Source of the DNA: Abditibacterium sp.
GTDB taxonomy: Bacteria > Armatimonadota > Abditibacteriia > Abditibacteriales > Abditibacteriaceae
Assembly (NCBI GenBank): GCA_965199495.1
Contig: CBDASK010000003.1
Span: 544,001 to 608,000, forward strand
DNA length: 64,000 nt
Direction of reading: 5' to 3'
Shown: positions 47,435 through 56,141 of the stretch, piece after piece
How positions within the stretch are numbered: position 1 is the stretch's first letter
Layout: each line of letters starts with the position of its first letter
The notes under the pieces: model-generated
What the model saw: only the letters and a program-made list of their open reading frames with translations
Told to the model about the DNA's origin: nothing
Databases searched by the model: none
Made by a program: the position numbers and the translations under genes

Positions 47435-48454
47435 ATGACTTTCCAATTATCATCGCAGCGCGCGCGCCAACTCGCCGCGCTCTACGTCAGCGCGACCTGC
47501 TCTTTGACGTTTTCCCATTGCGCGTTGGCTCAAACCGCCACGCTCAAAGCGCCGCTCGTCGCGCAAATGCCCATCGCCGTGGCTGGTGGCATGGGGCGCT
47601 TCGATTTGCTCGAAACCGATGCGGCCAATCACCGGTTGCTGGTGCCGCACGGCGGCAACGGCTCGCTCGATATTTTTGATTTATCCACCGGTTTGCTCAT
47701 CAAGCAAATCGCGACCGGCGGCGCTAACGGCGTGGCGATTGACGCGCGCGACGGCAAGTATTATGTCGGCGCGGGCGATGCCAACGCGGTCGTCGTGATA
47801 GATAGCCAGACTTTGGCGGTCGTTGTAACCATTCCGCTCGGCGGCCCGGTTGACGCGATGGCTTTTGATTCCAAGCGCGGCATCGTCTACGCCGGACACG
47901 ACGACGGCACGCAAGTTTGGGCGATTGACACTGCGACCGATAAATTGGTCAACACCATCACTGTGCCCGAAGGCCCGGAAATCGTCGAATACGATCCGCA
48001 GACCGACCGCGTTTATCAAAACATCAAGTCTTCGCCACTGATGTTGGTGATTGACCCGCAAACGCGCGCTATCGAATCGCGCGTGGACACGTCGCCAGCA
48101 GGCGCACCGCACGGTCTGGCGATTGATTTTGCGTCGGGCCATCTCTTCACCGTCGGCGACGGCAAGCTCGCCGAAATTGATTTGAAAACCAATAAAGTCA
48201 TCGCCCTCGCCGATGTCGCGGCGCGCGTTGACCAAATCGCGTTCGACCCAACGCACAAACGAATTTACTGCGCGAGCGGAAGCGGAACTTTGTCGGTCGT
48301 GCAGGAAACCGCGACGGGCATGACCAATCTGGGCGAAGCAGCCACGGCGCGTGGCTGCCATTCGGTGACGGTTGATCCAACGACCGGCGCGGTCTGGGTG
48401 GCCTACGGCGAGAAGGTCGGCGGCGCGATCCTGAAATTGGTGCCGACCGATTAG
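47435..48454 (+). CDS. YncE-like beta-propeller protein, secreted
   Basis: Repeated blades (GVAID..YYV, DAMAFD..VYA, PHGLAID, DQIAFD); signal peptide. Confidence 0.85.
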   Translation: MTFQLSSQRARQLAALYVSATCSLTFSHCALAQTATLKAPLVAQMPIAVAGGMGRFDLLETDAANHRLLVPHGGNGSLDIFDLSTGLLIKQIATGGANGVAIDARDGKYYVGAGDANAVVVIDSQTLAVVVTIPLGGPVDAMAFDSKRGIVYAGHDDGTQVWAIDTATDKLVNTITVPEGPEIVEYDPQTDRVYQNIKSSPLMLVIDPQTRAIESRVDTSPAGAPHGLAIDFASGHLFTVGDGKLAEIDLKTNKVIALADVAARVDQIAFDPTHKRIYCASGSGTLSVVQETATGMTNLGEAATARGCHSVTVDPTTGAVWVAYGEKVGGAILKLVPTD

Positions 48455-48472
48455 AAACTTCAAAAGCTGATT

Positions 48473-49315
48473 TTAGCTGGGTATCGCGCCGACCATTTCG
48501 CCGTTGGCACGTTTGGCGCGCGCATCTTGGATCGAGGTATAAACCACCAGACCGACCAAAATCACCGCCAAAATCGCCGATGAACCGATGGTTCCGAAAC
48601 CCAAACCGCCTTGGTCGGGCGTTTTGGTGAGCAAATCGCCAAAAGTCGCGCCAAATGGGCGCGTCAACACAAACGCCGCCCAAAACAGGCCGATGCGCGA
48701 AATCGCAGTGAAACGGCCCAGCGCGATAATCAGCAACAAAACGCCCGAAATCAGCGCGGCGCCGCCCAGAAATCCAAGCCCCGTATCGTCGACCAGAAAA
48801 TCTCCGGCGGCGGTGCCCAACGTATTGGAAAACAGAATCGCGACCCAATAAAACGTTTCGGCGCGCGAGGTGTTAATGTTCTCGACCGACAGCGTTTTCT
48901 CGGTCGCGCGCCAGATTACTAAAGTGGTGACCAGACAAAAAATGAGAATCGCGGAGCCAGTGGCGTAGCCCAAACCGAGCGTTCTGTCCATGAAGTCGGA
49001 CATCGTGGTGCCCGCCGTCGAGGTCGCCAGAATCACCGTCCAATAAAGCGCCGGATGAAAATGGCGCGACTTCAGTTGGGCCACGAGCGTGACGGCGAAA
49101 ATGCTCAATAATACCAGCGAACTGATGGCGTAGCCGACATTGAGCGTCATCGAAAACAAATCGCCCGCCGTTTCACCCAAAGTTGTGGCAGCGATTTTCA
49201 TCACCCAGAACAACGCCGTGACTTTGGCGACTTTGTTCACATAGTCTTTAGCGACAGCGCCGCCCGGCGCCGGATCAACTTGTGTCGTGGAAGTCAGCGG
49301 TTGAGAATTGGACAT
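48473..49315 (-). CDS. COG4705 / DUF347-repeat membrane protein
   Basis: KVAKVTALFWVMKIAATTLGETAGD..AGTTMSD..LGTAAGD..LTRPFGATFGD. Confidence 0.88.
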   Translation of the reverse strand: MSNSQPLTSTTQVDPAPGGAVAKDYVNKVAKVTALFWVMKIAATTLGETAGDLFSMTLNVGYAISSLVLLSIFAVTLVAQLKSRHFHPALYWTVILATSTAGTTMSDFMDRTLGLGYATGSAILIFCLVTTLVIWRATEKTLSVENINTSRAETFYWVAILFSNTLGTAAGDFLVDDTGLGFLGGAALISGVLLLIIALGRFTAISRIGLFWAAFVLTRPFGATFGDLLTKTPDQGGLGFGTIGSSAILAVILVGLVVYTSIQDARAKRANGEMVGAIPS

Positions 49316-49407
49316 AAATTAAAACGATATGTAAGATTCACCTCCATTTCTTTAACAGTCAAACCCAAAATTGGAAGTAGAGGCAAGTCTCGCCCTTGAA
49401 TAACTAA

Positions 49408-49585
49408 GAGTTACGCAGTTGGCCTGCGTTTGTCATTTCGAGCTTGCCGAGAAATCTTGTGGCCCCGCGCCAGCGGAAATGACGCGTGAGTTTGAACGTA
49501 AAAATGGCTTTTACTTGCGCTGCCGCGCGGGCGTAAGATTTCTCGGCAAGCTCGAAATGACAAACGCAGGCCAACTGCGTAACTC
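49408..49585. mobile_element. 178-bp palindromic MITE (51-bp perfect arms) with a REP-like core and CTAA target duplication
   Basis: GAGTTACGCAGTTGG..GTCATTTCGAGC..GAGAAATCTT and its exact reverse complement at 49535-49585; CTAA on both flanks. Confidence 0.85.
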
Positions 49586-49593
49586 CTAATAAC

Positions 49594-50337
49594 TTAAAAC
49601 GATTGGGAAAAGCTCATTCCGGTCACGCGATTATCGGGCGCAGTTTGATGGATGAACGGGCGCAGCAGCAAACCGCGATTTTGGTGCAATTCCCAGCGCG
49701 CGGTGAAAAATCCCAGCGCGGCTCCGGCGATGACATCGTGGGTGTAATGGCGATGCAGCGTCACGCGCGAGGCGGCAATGGCGGTCGCTCCGGCATACCA
49801 GAAAATCGCCTGTTTGGGATGATAATGTGATTGCATCGTCGCCACGGCAAACGCTGCCGTCGCGTGGCCCGATGGAAATGATTCGCGGTTGCTACCATCG
49901 GGCCGCTTCTCGCGCACGATGCGCTTCAAACCTTCGGAAAACAGCGTCGAAACAACCAGCGCATCGGCGGTGCGCAGCGAATGTTGCGCGCCGTCTTTGC
50001 CGTCTTCAACGAGCGGCAATAAAGTGCCCGCGCCCAGAAACAAAATGTTGCCCGTGCCCGACGCGAACTTGGCCCACGACGGATCGTGTCCGTTGGTGCG
50101 ATTCAGTTGCAAGCCCTCCGTAATCGTCGCGGCATCGGGCAACGCGAGCGCGGATGATGTTAACGAGAGCGCGGTTTCGCCCGCGAAGTTGGAGAGCGCG
50201 GGCGTAGAAATAGCGGGAGCAGCGATAGTGGGTTCGGAAGTTTGCGCGTGCGCGATAGTGATAGGAGCAACAGCAGCCAGCACCATCGCGGTGGCGAGAG
50301 AAGAAAAATGTTTCACGACGCGCCGCAGTCTATGCAC
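49594..50337 (-). CDS. PAP2-family phosphatase
   Basis: KRIVREKRP, SFPSGHA, SRVTLHRHYTHDV. Start codon uncertain. Confidence 0.88.
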   Translation of the reverse strand: MHRLRRVVKHFSSLATAMVLAAVAPITIAHAQTSEPTIAAPAISTPALSNFAGETALSLTSSALALPDAATITEGLQLNRTNGHDPSWAKFASGTGNILFLGAGTLLPLVEDGKDGAQHSLRTADALVVSTLFSEGLKRIVREKRPDGSNRESFPSGHATAAFAVATMQSHYHPKQAIFWYAGATAIAASRVTLHRHYTHDVIAGAALGFFTARWELHQNRGLLLRPFIHQTAPDNRVTGMSFSQSF

Positions 50338-50340
50338 GCA

Positions 50341-50382
50341 ATCTAAGCGAAAGCTGAAAGTTGATTAAGAAATTCCTCAGAG
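50341..50382 (-). promoter_or_regulatory. Four 11-bp-period regulator boxes
   Basis: CTAAG/CTGAA/TTAAG/CTCAG at 50343/50354/50365/50376. Confidence 0.6.
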
Positions 50383-50388
50383 CAAACG

Positions 50389-51036
50389 CTAATTTTTGCC
50401 GAATAAGATCGTCAGCAAAGCGACCCATGCCAGCGACGCCATCCAACCCGCCAGAATGTCCGAGGGATAATGCACGCCCAGATACAAACGCGATAATCCG
50501 ACCGCCAGCACGAACAAAACGCCCAACGCGCACCCTACGCGCTTGGCGTGAATGTTGGCCTCGCTTTTCCACAGCAGCACCAGAGCCGTCGCAACAAAGG
50601 CGCTCGACAGCATGGCGTGGCCACTGGGAAAGCTGTAATCGTGTTCGGGCGAAAGCGAAATCCATAAATCGGGCCGCGCCCGCGCGAAAATCGCTTTGGC
50701 CACCAAGTTCAAAGCCGCCGCGCCGCCCATTGAAATCAGCACGAAACGCAGATGGCGGCGCTGCTTTGTAAACCACAACAGCGCGCACCAAACAGCAGCC
50801 ACGCCGAGCAAAGCGCCGCCGCCGATGAGCGTAAAACCCAGCATCGTGGCATCGAGAAATCCGTTGGAATGCGCGTGCAGCCACAACAGCGTCGGCGTAT
50901 CATAGCGAAAGGTTTCGCGCGTTAAAATGTCTTCGCCCAACGCAGCGAAAACTAATAATGGCAGCGCGACCAACAGCCACGCGCCCAGCAAATTCCATTT
51001 CGACGTGTTTTCACGTCCAGTTCCGATAAATTTCAA
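50389..51036 (-). CDS. PAP2-family integral membrane phosphatase (undecaprenyl-PP phosphatase-like)
   Basis: KAIFARARP, YSFPSGHA, SRLYLGVHYPSDILAG; about 6 TM segments. Confidence 0.9.
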   Translation of the reverse strand: MKFIGTGRENTSKWNLLGAWLLVALPLLVFAALGEDILTRETFRYDTPTLLWLHAHSNGFLDATMLGFTLIGGGALLGVAAVWCALLWFTKQRRHLRFVLISMGGAAALNLVAKAIFARARPDLWISLSPEHDYSFPSGHAMLSSAFVATALVLLWKSEANIHAKRVGCALGVLFVLAVGLSRLYLGVHYPSDILAGWMASLAWVALLTILFGKN

Positions 51037-51058
51037 TATTCGTCCTTTTATTTTGTGG

Positions 51059-51129
51059 GGCGGGACTTACGTCCACTTCCAATCGGGTAACGAGCCAACC
51101 CAAGATTGGAAGTGGGCGTAAGTCCCGCC
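51059..51129. repeat. REP-like doublet related to the core of 10781-10854
   Basis: GGCGGGACTTACGTCCACTTCCAATC..GATTGGAAGTGGGCGTAAGTCCCGCC; a degenerate half copy at 49370-49395. Confidence 0.8.
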
Positions 51130-51153
51130 TGCGAAGCTGGTTTGCGCCGCGAT

Positions 51154-51978
51154 TTATGCGGTTTGAACTGCGCCGTTTACGTCGCGTTTGGTGACAACCA
51201 GATAAACCACCAAAACCAAAACCGCTCCCAGAAAAATCGCGCTGGTGACGGTCGTGCCCAAACCCAAACCGCCCAACTTGTGCGGCTGCGACATCAAATC
51301 GCCCATCGAGGCGCCCAAAGGTCGCGTCAAAATGTAGGCCAGCCAGAACGACAGAATGCCGTTGAGTTTGAACGCGAAATGAGCGAAAGCGATTAAGGCG
51401 ATAAGTCCGGCGAAAATGCCCAGCGAAGCGAGATAACCGATGCCGAACTGTTCGGCGATTAGATCGCCCGATGCCGTGCCCAACGCGAAGGTGAACAGAA
51501 TAGCCGCCCAGTAAAACGCCTCGCGCCGCGTCGTATCAATATCGTGAACCGATAATGTATGCTCGACTTGATACCACGCTGCGAACGTCGCAATCAAAGC
51601 GAGACTAAATCCGATGGTGGAAGTAATCAGCGATATACCGAGGTTATCGGTCAGATTATCGGTAATCAGCGTGCCGACAACGCTGAGTAATACCACGACA
51701 ATCCAGTAAAGTCCGGCTTTATACTCGCGCGCGCGGAACTGAAAAATTAGCGCCACGATAAGCAACGCGCCCATAATGTAGGTTGTGTTGGTGAGGCCTA
51801 AACCGAGATTCTCATTAAGAAAATCGGCGGCGGTTTCGCCGACGGTGGTGCAGAGAATCTTGATAATCCAGAAGAAAATCGTGATTTGCGGCACTTTGTT
51901 CAGCATTTGGCGCGCGAGCGAATCGGGTTTTGCAACCGGCTCGATGGCGGGATTAGGCGCGATATTTTGTGGTGACAT
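51154..51978 (-). CDS. COG4705 / DUF347-repeat membrane protein (second paralogue)
   Basis: NKVPQITIFFWIIKILCTTVGETAAD..VGTLITD..LGTASGD..LTRPLGASMGD. Confidence 0.88.
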   Translation of the reverse strand: MSPQNIAPNPAIEPVAKPDSLARQMLNKVPQITIFFWIIKILCTTVGETAADFLNENLGLGLTNTTYIMGALLIVALIFQFRAREYKAGLYWIVVVLLSVVGTLITDNLTDNLGISLITSTIGFSLALIATFAAWYQVEHTLSVHDIDTTRREAFYWAAILFTFALGTASGDLIAEQFGIGYLASLGIFAGLIALIAFAHFAFKLNGILSFWLAYILTRPLGASMGDLMSQPHKLGGLGLGTTVTSAIFLGAVLVLVVYLVVTKRDVNGAVQTA

Positions 51979-52129
51979 GATGGATTTTTCACCGTCTATT
52001 CCATCGTTTTGGTTTAAGTGGAGCTTGTGATTTGCGTGAGTTTCTTCTCAGACCAAAGCGCGGAACGCCCTCAATTGAAGGCGTTCTTTACTGACGCGCT
52101 GGCTCCATTGCGATGCGCTGTACAAACTT

Positions 52130-53167
52130 ATGAAAATCCGTTCTCTTCTTTCTCTATCGCTCGCCCTCGCGGCGCCCGCGCTGGCCGTTTCGAGCGCCCA
52201 AGCCGCGCTGGTCACGCCACAATATCATCTGGCCGCCGATTGGAAATTGGCGGGCGACGGTTTTTGGGATTACCTGACGGTGGACGCATCCGCGCACCGG
52301 CTTTATATTCCGCGCGACACGCGCATCCAAGTCGTGGACACGCGCGACGGCCATCTCGTCGGCGAGATTGGCGGCGTGAAAGAAGCGCACGGCGTGGCGA
52401 TTGTGCCCAAACTCGGCGTGGGTTTCGCCACCAGCGGCGGCGATAACAGCGTCATTGTCTTCGATCTCCAAACGCTCAAGCCCGCCAGCGCGCCGATTGA
52501 AGTCGGCGAAGGGCCGGACGCCATCGCCTACGAACCCACGACTGGCCAGATTTTCACCATGAACGGCGACGGCAAAAGTACTTCGGTTATCAACGCCAAA
52601 ACGCGCCAAGTTGTCGCTACGATTGATCTGGGCACCAACGCCGAATCCGCCGTGGCTGATGGCAAAGGGCACTTGTTCATCAATCTCGAAGGCACCTCGC
52701 AAATCGCCGAAGTGGACGCCAAAACGCGCGTGATTTCTCACGTTTGGCCGTTCGCGCCCGGCGAGGAACCGACCGGCTTGAGCTACGACGCCAAGAAACA
52801 TTGGCTCTTCGCGGGTTGCCATAACAAAACTCTGATCGTTTTGGATGCGCGCACTGGAAACGTCGTGGCGCATTTGCCCATCGGCGCGGGCGTGGATGCC
52901 GGTGTTTTCGATGCGAAACTTGGCCTATCGCTGAGTTCGTGTGGGCGCGATGGCACGCTTGCCATTGTCGGCGAAAAAGCGGGCCAACCCGCGCTGTTGG
53001 CCACGCTGCCCACGCATACGGGCGCGCGCACGATGGCTCTCGATCCGATCAGCCACGCCGTCTTTGTCGTCGCCGCCGATTACCAGCCATTGCAACCGGG
53101 CCAACGTTATCCGCAGGCCGTGCCGGGCAGCACGCGAATTTTGAAATATGAATTGGGCGCCAAATAA
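52130..53167 (+). CDS. YncE-like beta-propeller protein, secreted (second paralogue)
   Basis: GFWDYLTVD..AHGVAIV..PDAIAYEP..PTGLSYD..GARTMALDP; signal peptide. Confidence 0.87.
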   Translation: MKIRSLLSLSLALAAPALAVSSAQAALVTPQYHLAADWKLAGDGFWDYLTVDASAHRLYIPRDTRIQVVDTRDGHLVGEIGGVKEAHGVAIVPKLGVGFATSGGDNSVIVFDLQTLKPASAPIEVGEGPDAIAYEPTTGQIFTMNGDGKSTSVINAKTRQVVATIDLGTNAESAVADGKGHLFINLEGTSQIAEVDAKTRVISHVWPFAPGEEPTGLSYDAKKHWLFAGCHNKTLIVLDARTGNVVAHLPIGAGVDAGVFDAKLGLSLSSCGRDGTLAIVGEKAGQPALLATLPTHTGARTMALDPISHAVFVVAADYQPLQPGQRYPQAVPGSTRILKYELGAK

Positions 53168-53256
53168 ATATCCAGATAAGAAATTATAGGGCCGATTCAC
53201 AGGAATTTCATAGGCGAGAGCAGCGAGTCTGGCGAAAACTGCACACTCACAGACTT

Positions 53257-54672
53257 ATGAAGCGATTCCCCACTTTATTATGGCGAGGAAAAACTGTCGG
53301 CGCCTTGTTTTTAGCGACCGCGATTCTCCCACTTTATGCGCAAGCCCAAACGCCGCTCACGCTCGGTGGCGCTTTAAGCGGCGCGATTTCCGCCAACCCA
53401 ACGGCGCGCGCATCGCAGCAAGAACTGGCGCTGGCGGGCGCGCAACTGGCGAGCGCGCGCGCGGCGGCGGGCTTTTCGGTCACGCTCGATTCGAGTTTGG
53501 GTTTGTCCAATGCCAGCGTGATTCAGGGGCCGCCGTCGCGCGAGAATTTCAACACTTTAACCAATACGCTCACGGTTCCGCTCAACGTCGGGCCGTTCGG
53601 TCGGGGCGTAAAATTGAGCGTTTCGCAAGCCGAGCAGGAACTTCTGGCGGCGCAGGCGCGCTTCGACGCCGCGCGTTTGGATTTGGCCGGACAGGTCAGC
53701 ACGGCCTATTACGGCGTTTTGCGCCAGCAGGCTTTGCTCCAAATCGCGCGCGAAACAGAGGCGCAGGCGGTGCGGCAATATCAGGACGCGGGCAAGCGAT
53801 TCAAACTGGGCGACGTGCCCGAACTCGACGTGACAAGGGCGCGCGTGCCGGTCGCCAATGCGCGCGCCGCCGAAGTCGGCGCGCTCAACGCGCTCGCCAT
53901 TGCGCGCCAGACGCTCAACGTGTTAGTCGGCCAACCGCTCGATGCGCCGGTTTCCTTGGAGGACGTGCCAGCCACGGCGACGCAATTGCCGTTCACGCTC
54001 GAAGAGGCGCGCAGGCGCGCGGTCGAATATTCGCCCGCCGTGCGCGCCGCCGATGCGACCGTTAGAGCCAACGAAATCGGGTTGCAAATTAGCAAACATG
54101 GGCGCGATCCGGTTTTGGCGCTTCAGGCCAGCGACGTGCGTTCCAACGACCAAACCGGTTTTCGTAGTCTGGACACCGTTCAAGCCACGATTTCGATTCC
54201 GCTTTCCGACGGCGGCGCGGGCAAAGCCGCGCGCAAAGCCGCGCAAGCGACATTGGAGCAGTCGCGCGCGCAAGCCGAAGTCGCGCGCCAGACGACTTTG
54301 GTCGCGGTCAGCGCGGCCTATCTGACGGCGCAAAGCAGCCAGAAACAGTTGGACGCGGCGAGGGAGGCCCGCGACATCGCGCAGATCGCCTACGACAAAA
54401 CCGAGCGTGGCTACACGCTCGGCCTATATCCGTTCGCCGATGTGTTGACGGCGGGCAACGAATTGCGTCTGGCACGCACGACTTACGCTCAGGCGCTTTA
54501 CGACGCGGCCAACGCGGTTTCAACGCTGGGCAACACGGTCAATCAGGGCGCGACGGCGTTGCCCGCGCCGGACACTGGCGGCGTGGCTGCTGTGGTTAAT
54601 CCGACAGTTTCGGCGCCAACTACGGGCGTAACCGATGCAGCCACGGCGCCGATGGTGGGAGGTGCGCAGTGA
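53257..54672 (+). CDS. TolC-family outer-membrane efflux protein
   Basis: Two OEP repeats (VSTAYYGVL..RFKLGDVPELDV; VSAAYL..GYTLGL..DVL); signal peptide. Confidence 0.88.
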   Translation: MKRFPTLLWRGKTVGALFLATAILPLYAQAQTPLTLGGALSGAISANPTARASQQELALAGAQLASARAAAGFSVTLDSSLGLSNASVIQGPPSRENFNTLTNTLTVPLNVGPFGRGVKLSVSQAEQELLAAQARFDAARLDLAGQVSTAYYGVLRQQALLQIARETEAQAVRQYQDAGKRFKLGDVPELDVTRARVPVANARAAEVGALNALAIARQTLNVLVGQPLDAPVSLEDVPATATQLPFTLEEARRRAVEYSPAVRAADATVRANEIGLQISKHGRDPVLALQASDVRSNDQTGFRSLDTVQATISIPLSDGGAGKAARKAAQATLEQSRAQAEVARQTTLVAVSAAYLTAQSSQKQLDAAREARDIAQIAYDKTERGYTLGLYPFADVLTAGNELRLARTTYAQALYDAANAVSTLGNTVNQGATALPAPDTGGVAAVVNPTVSAPTTGVTDAATAPMVGGAQ

Positions 54673-56138
54673 AAAGTTGGTTTCGCGTCTTTAACTTGAG
54701 GGGTTCTTATATGCGTGAAGCGAGCGCAGTCACACTCATATACGTCCCGCTCGCCTTAATCGCCGCCATCGCCCTGAGCGGTTGCGGCAAAAAATCGAAT
54801 CCCGACGCGCCCTTCACAACCGGCAACACAACCGATACCAATGCAACCGCCGATAACGCCGCACTGGCTGACACCAACGCGCCCGCCGATAACGCTTCTG
54901 CCGATACTGGCGCGCCGACGCTAAAATTGGCGAGCGCGACAATCGGCGCCATTGACGCGACTTTGCCAGCAACCGGAACATTGACAGCGTTTTCCAACCG
55001 CGAAACCAAAATCACGCCAGCCACGGCGGGCACGCTGCAAAGTTTGCCGATTCGGTTGGGCCAAAAAGTCGGACGCGGCGACGTTTTGGCGCAGCTTTCG
55101 ACGGCGCCGGTGCAAGGCCAAATCACGCAAGCGCAAGCGGCGTTGCAACAAAGTAAAGTCGCCGTTCAACAGGCGCAGGCCAGCGCGATTGGGCAGGAAG
55201 CCCAAAGCTCGACCGGCATTTTGCAAGCGCAAGCGCAGGTTTCGCAAGCGCAAGCGAGTTTGCAGGGCGATCAGGCCACGCTCATCAACGCGCGCCAGAC
55301 GCTTAGTCGTTCGCAAGCGTTGTTTAACGAAGGTTTAATCGCGCGCAAAGATGTCGAAACCGCGCAACTCGCGGTTCGCACGGCGCAGGCGCAAGTCGCC
55401 GCGCAAGGGCGCACCATCGAAGCGCAACGCCAGAACGTCGCCGCCGCGCGCGCGGCTTCGCTGCAAAATGCCGTCAAGCGCGAAGACGTGAAAATCGCGC
55501 AACAACAAGTCGAAGGCGCGCGCGCCGCGCTGCAAACCGCGCGCAACCAACTCGCGCTTTACACCATTCGTGCGCCAATTTCCGGCACATTAACCAGCGT
55601 GGATGTCGGGCCGGGCGCGACGGTTGACACCACGACGCCCATCGCAACTTTGACCGATTTGAGCCAGTTGCAACTTTCTATCGCCGTGCCCGCCGACAGC
55701 GCATCGAAAATCAGCGTCGGCCAAACCGTGAAGTTCGAGGTGCAGAATCTGCCCAATCGCGTTTTTACCACGCGCATTGATTCTTTGAGCAACGGCATTG
55801 ACGCCGCGACCGGCACGCTGACCGCGTTCGCTGCGGTCACTAACACGAGCGGCCATTTCAAAGACGATGCGCTCGCCAAAGTTCAAATCGTGACGCGCCA
55901 CATCGCGGCGGCGGTTTTGGTGCCGCAAAGCGCGGTTTTAGCCGATCCACAAAGTGGGGAAACCAGCGTTGTTGTCGTTGGCGCGGATAATATCGCGCAC
56001 GTTCGGACGGTAAAAACGGGCTTGAGCGAAGGTGGAAAAACGCAGATTACGAGCGGCATTAAGCCGAACGAAAAAGTCGCGATTAGCGGTCAATATGGTT
56101 TGGAAGACGGGACGAAAGTGGCGGTGCCTAAAGGTTAA
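54669..56138 (+). CDS. RND efflux membrane-fusion (periplasmic adaptor) lipoprotein
   Basis: LSGC lipobox, GQKVGRGDVLAQL, coiled coil, IRAPISG, VLVPQSAV, VKTGL. Start 54669 or 54711. Confidence 0.88.
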   Translation: MKSWFRVFNLRGSYMREASAVTLIYVPLALIAAIALSGCGKKSNPDAPFTTGNTTDTNATADNAALADTNAPADNASADTGAPTLKLASATIGAIDATLPATGTLTAFSNRETKITPATAGTLQSLPIRLGQKVGRGDVLAQLSTAPVQGQITQAQAALQQSKVAVQQAQASAIGQEAQSSTGILQAQAQVSQAQASLQGDQATLINARQTLSRSQALFNEGLIARKDVETAQLAVRTAQAQVAAQGRTIEAQRQNVAAARAASLQNAVKREDVKIAQQQVEGARAALQTARNQLALYTIRAPISGTLTSVDVGPGATVDTTTPIATLTDLSQLQLSIAVPADSASKISVGQTVKFEVQNLPNRVFTTRIDSLSNGIDAATGTLTAFAAVTNTSGHFKDDALAKVQIVTRHIAAAVLVPQSAVLADPQSGETSVVVVGADNIAHVRTVKTGLSEGGKTQITSGIKPNEKVAISGQYGLEDGTKVAVPKG

Positions 56139-56141
56139 TTT

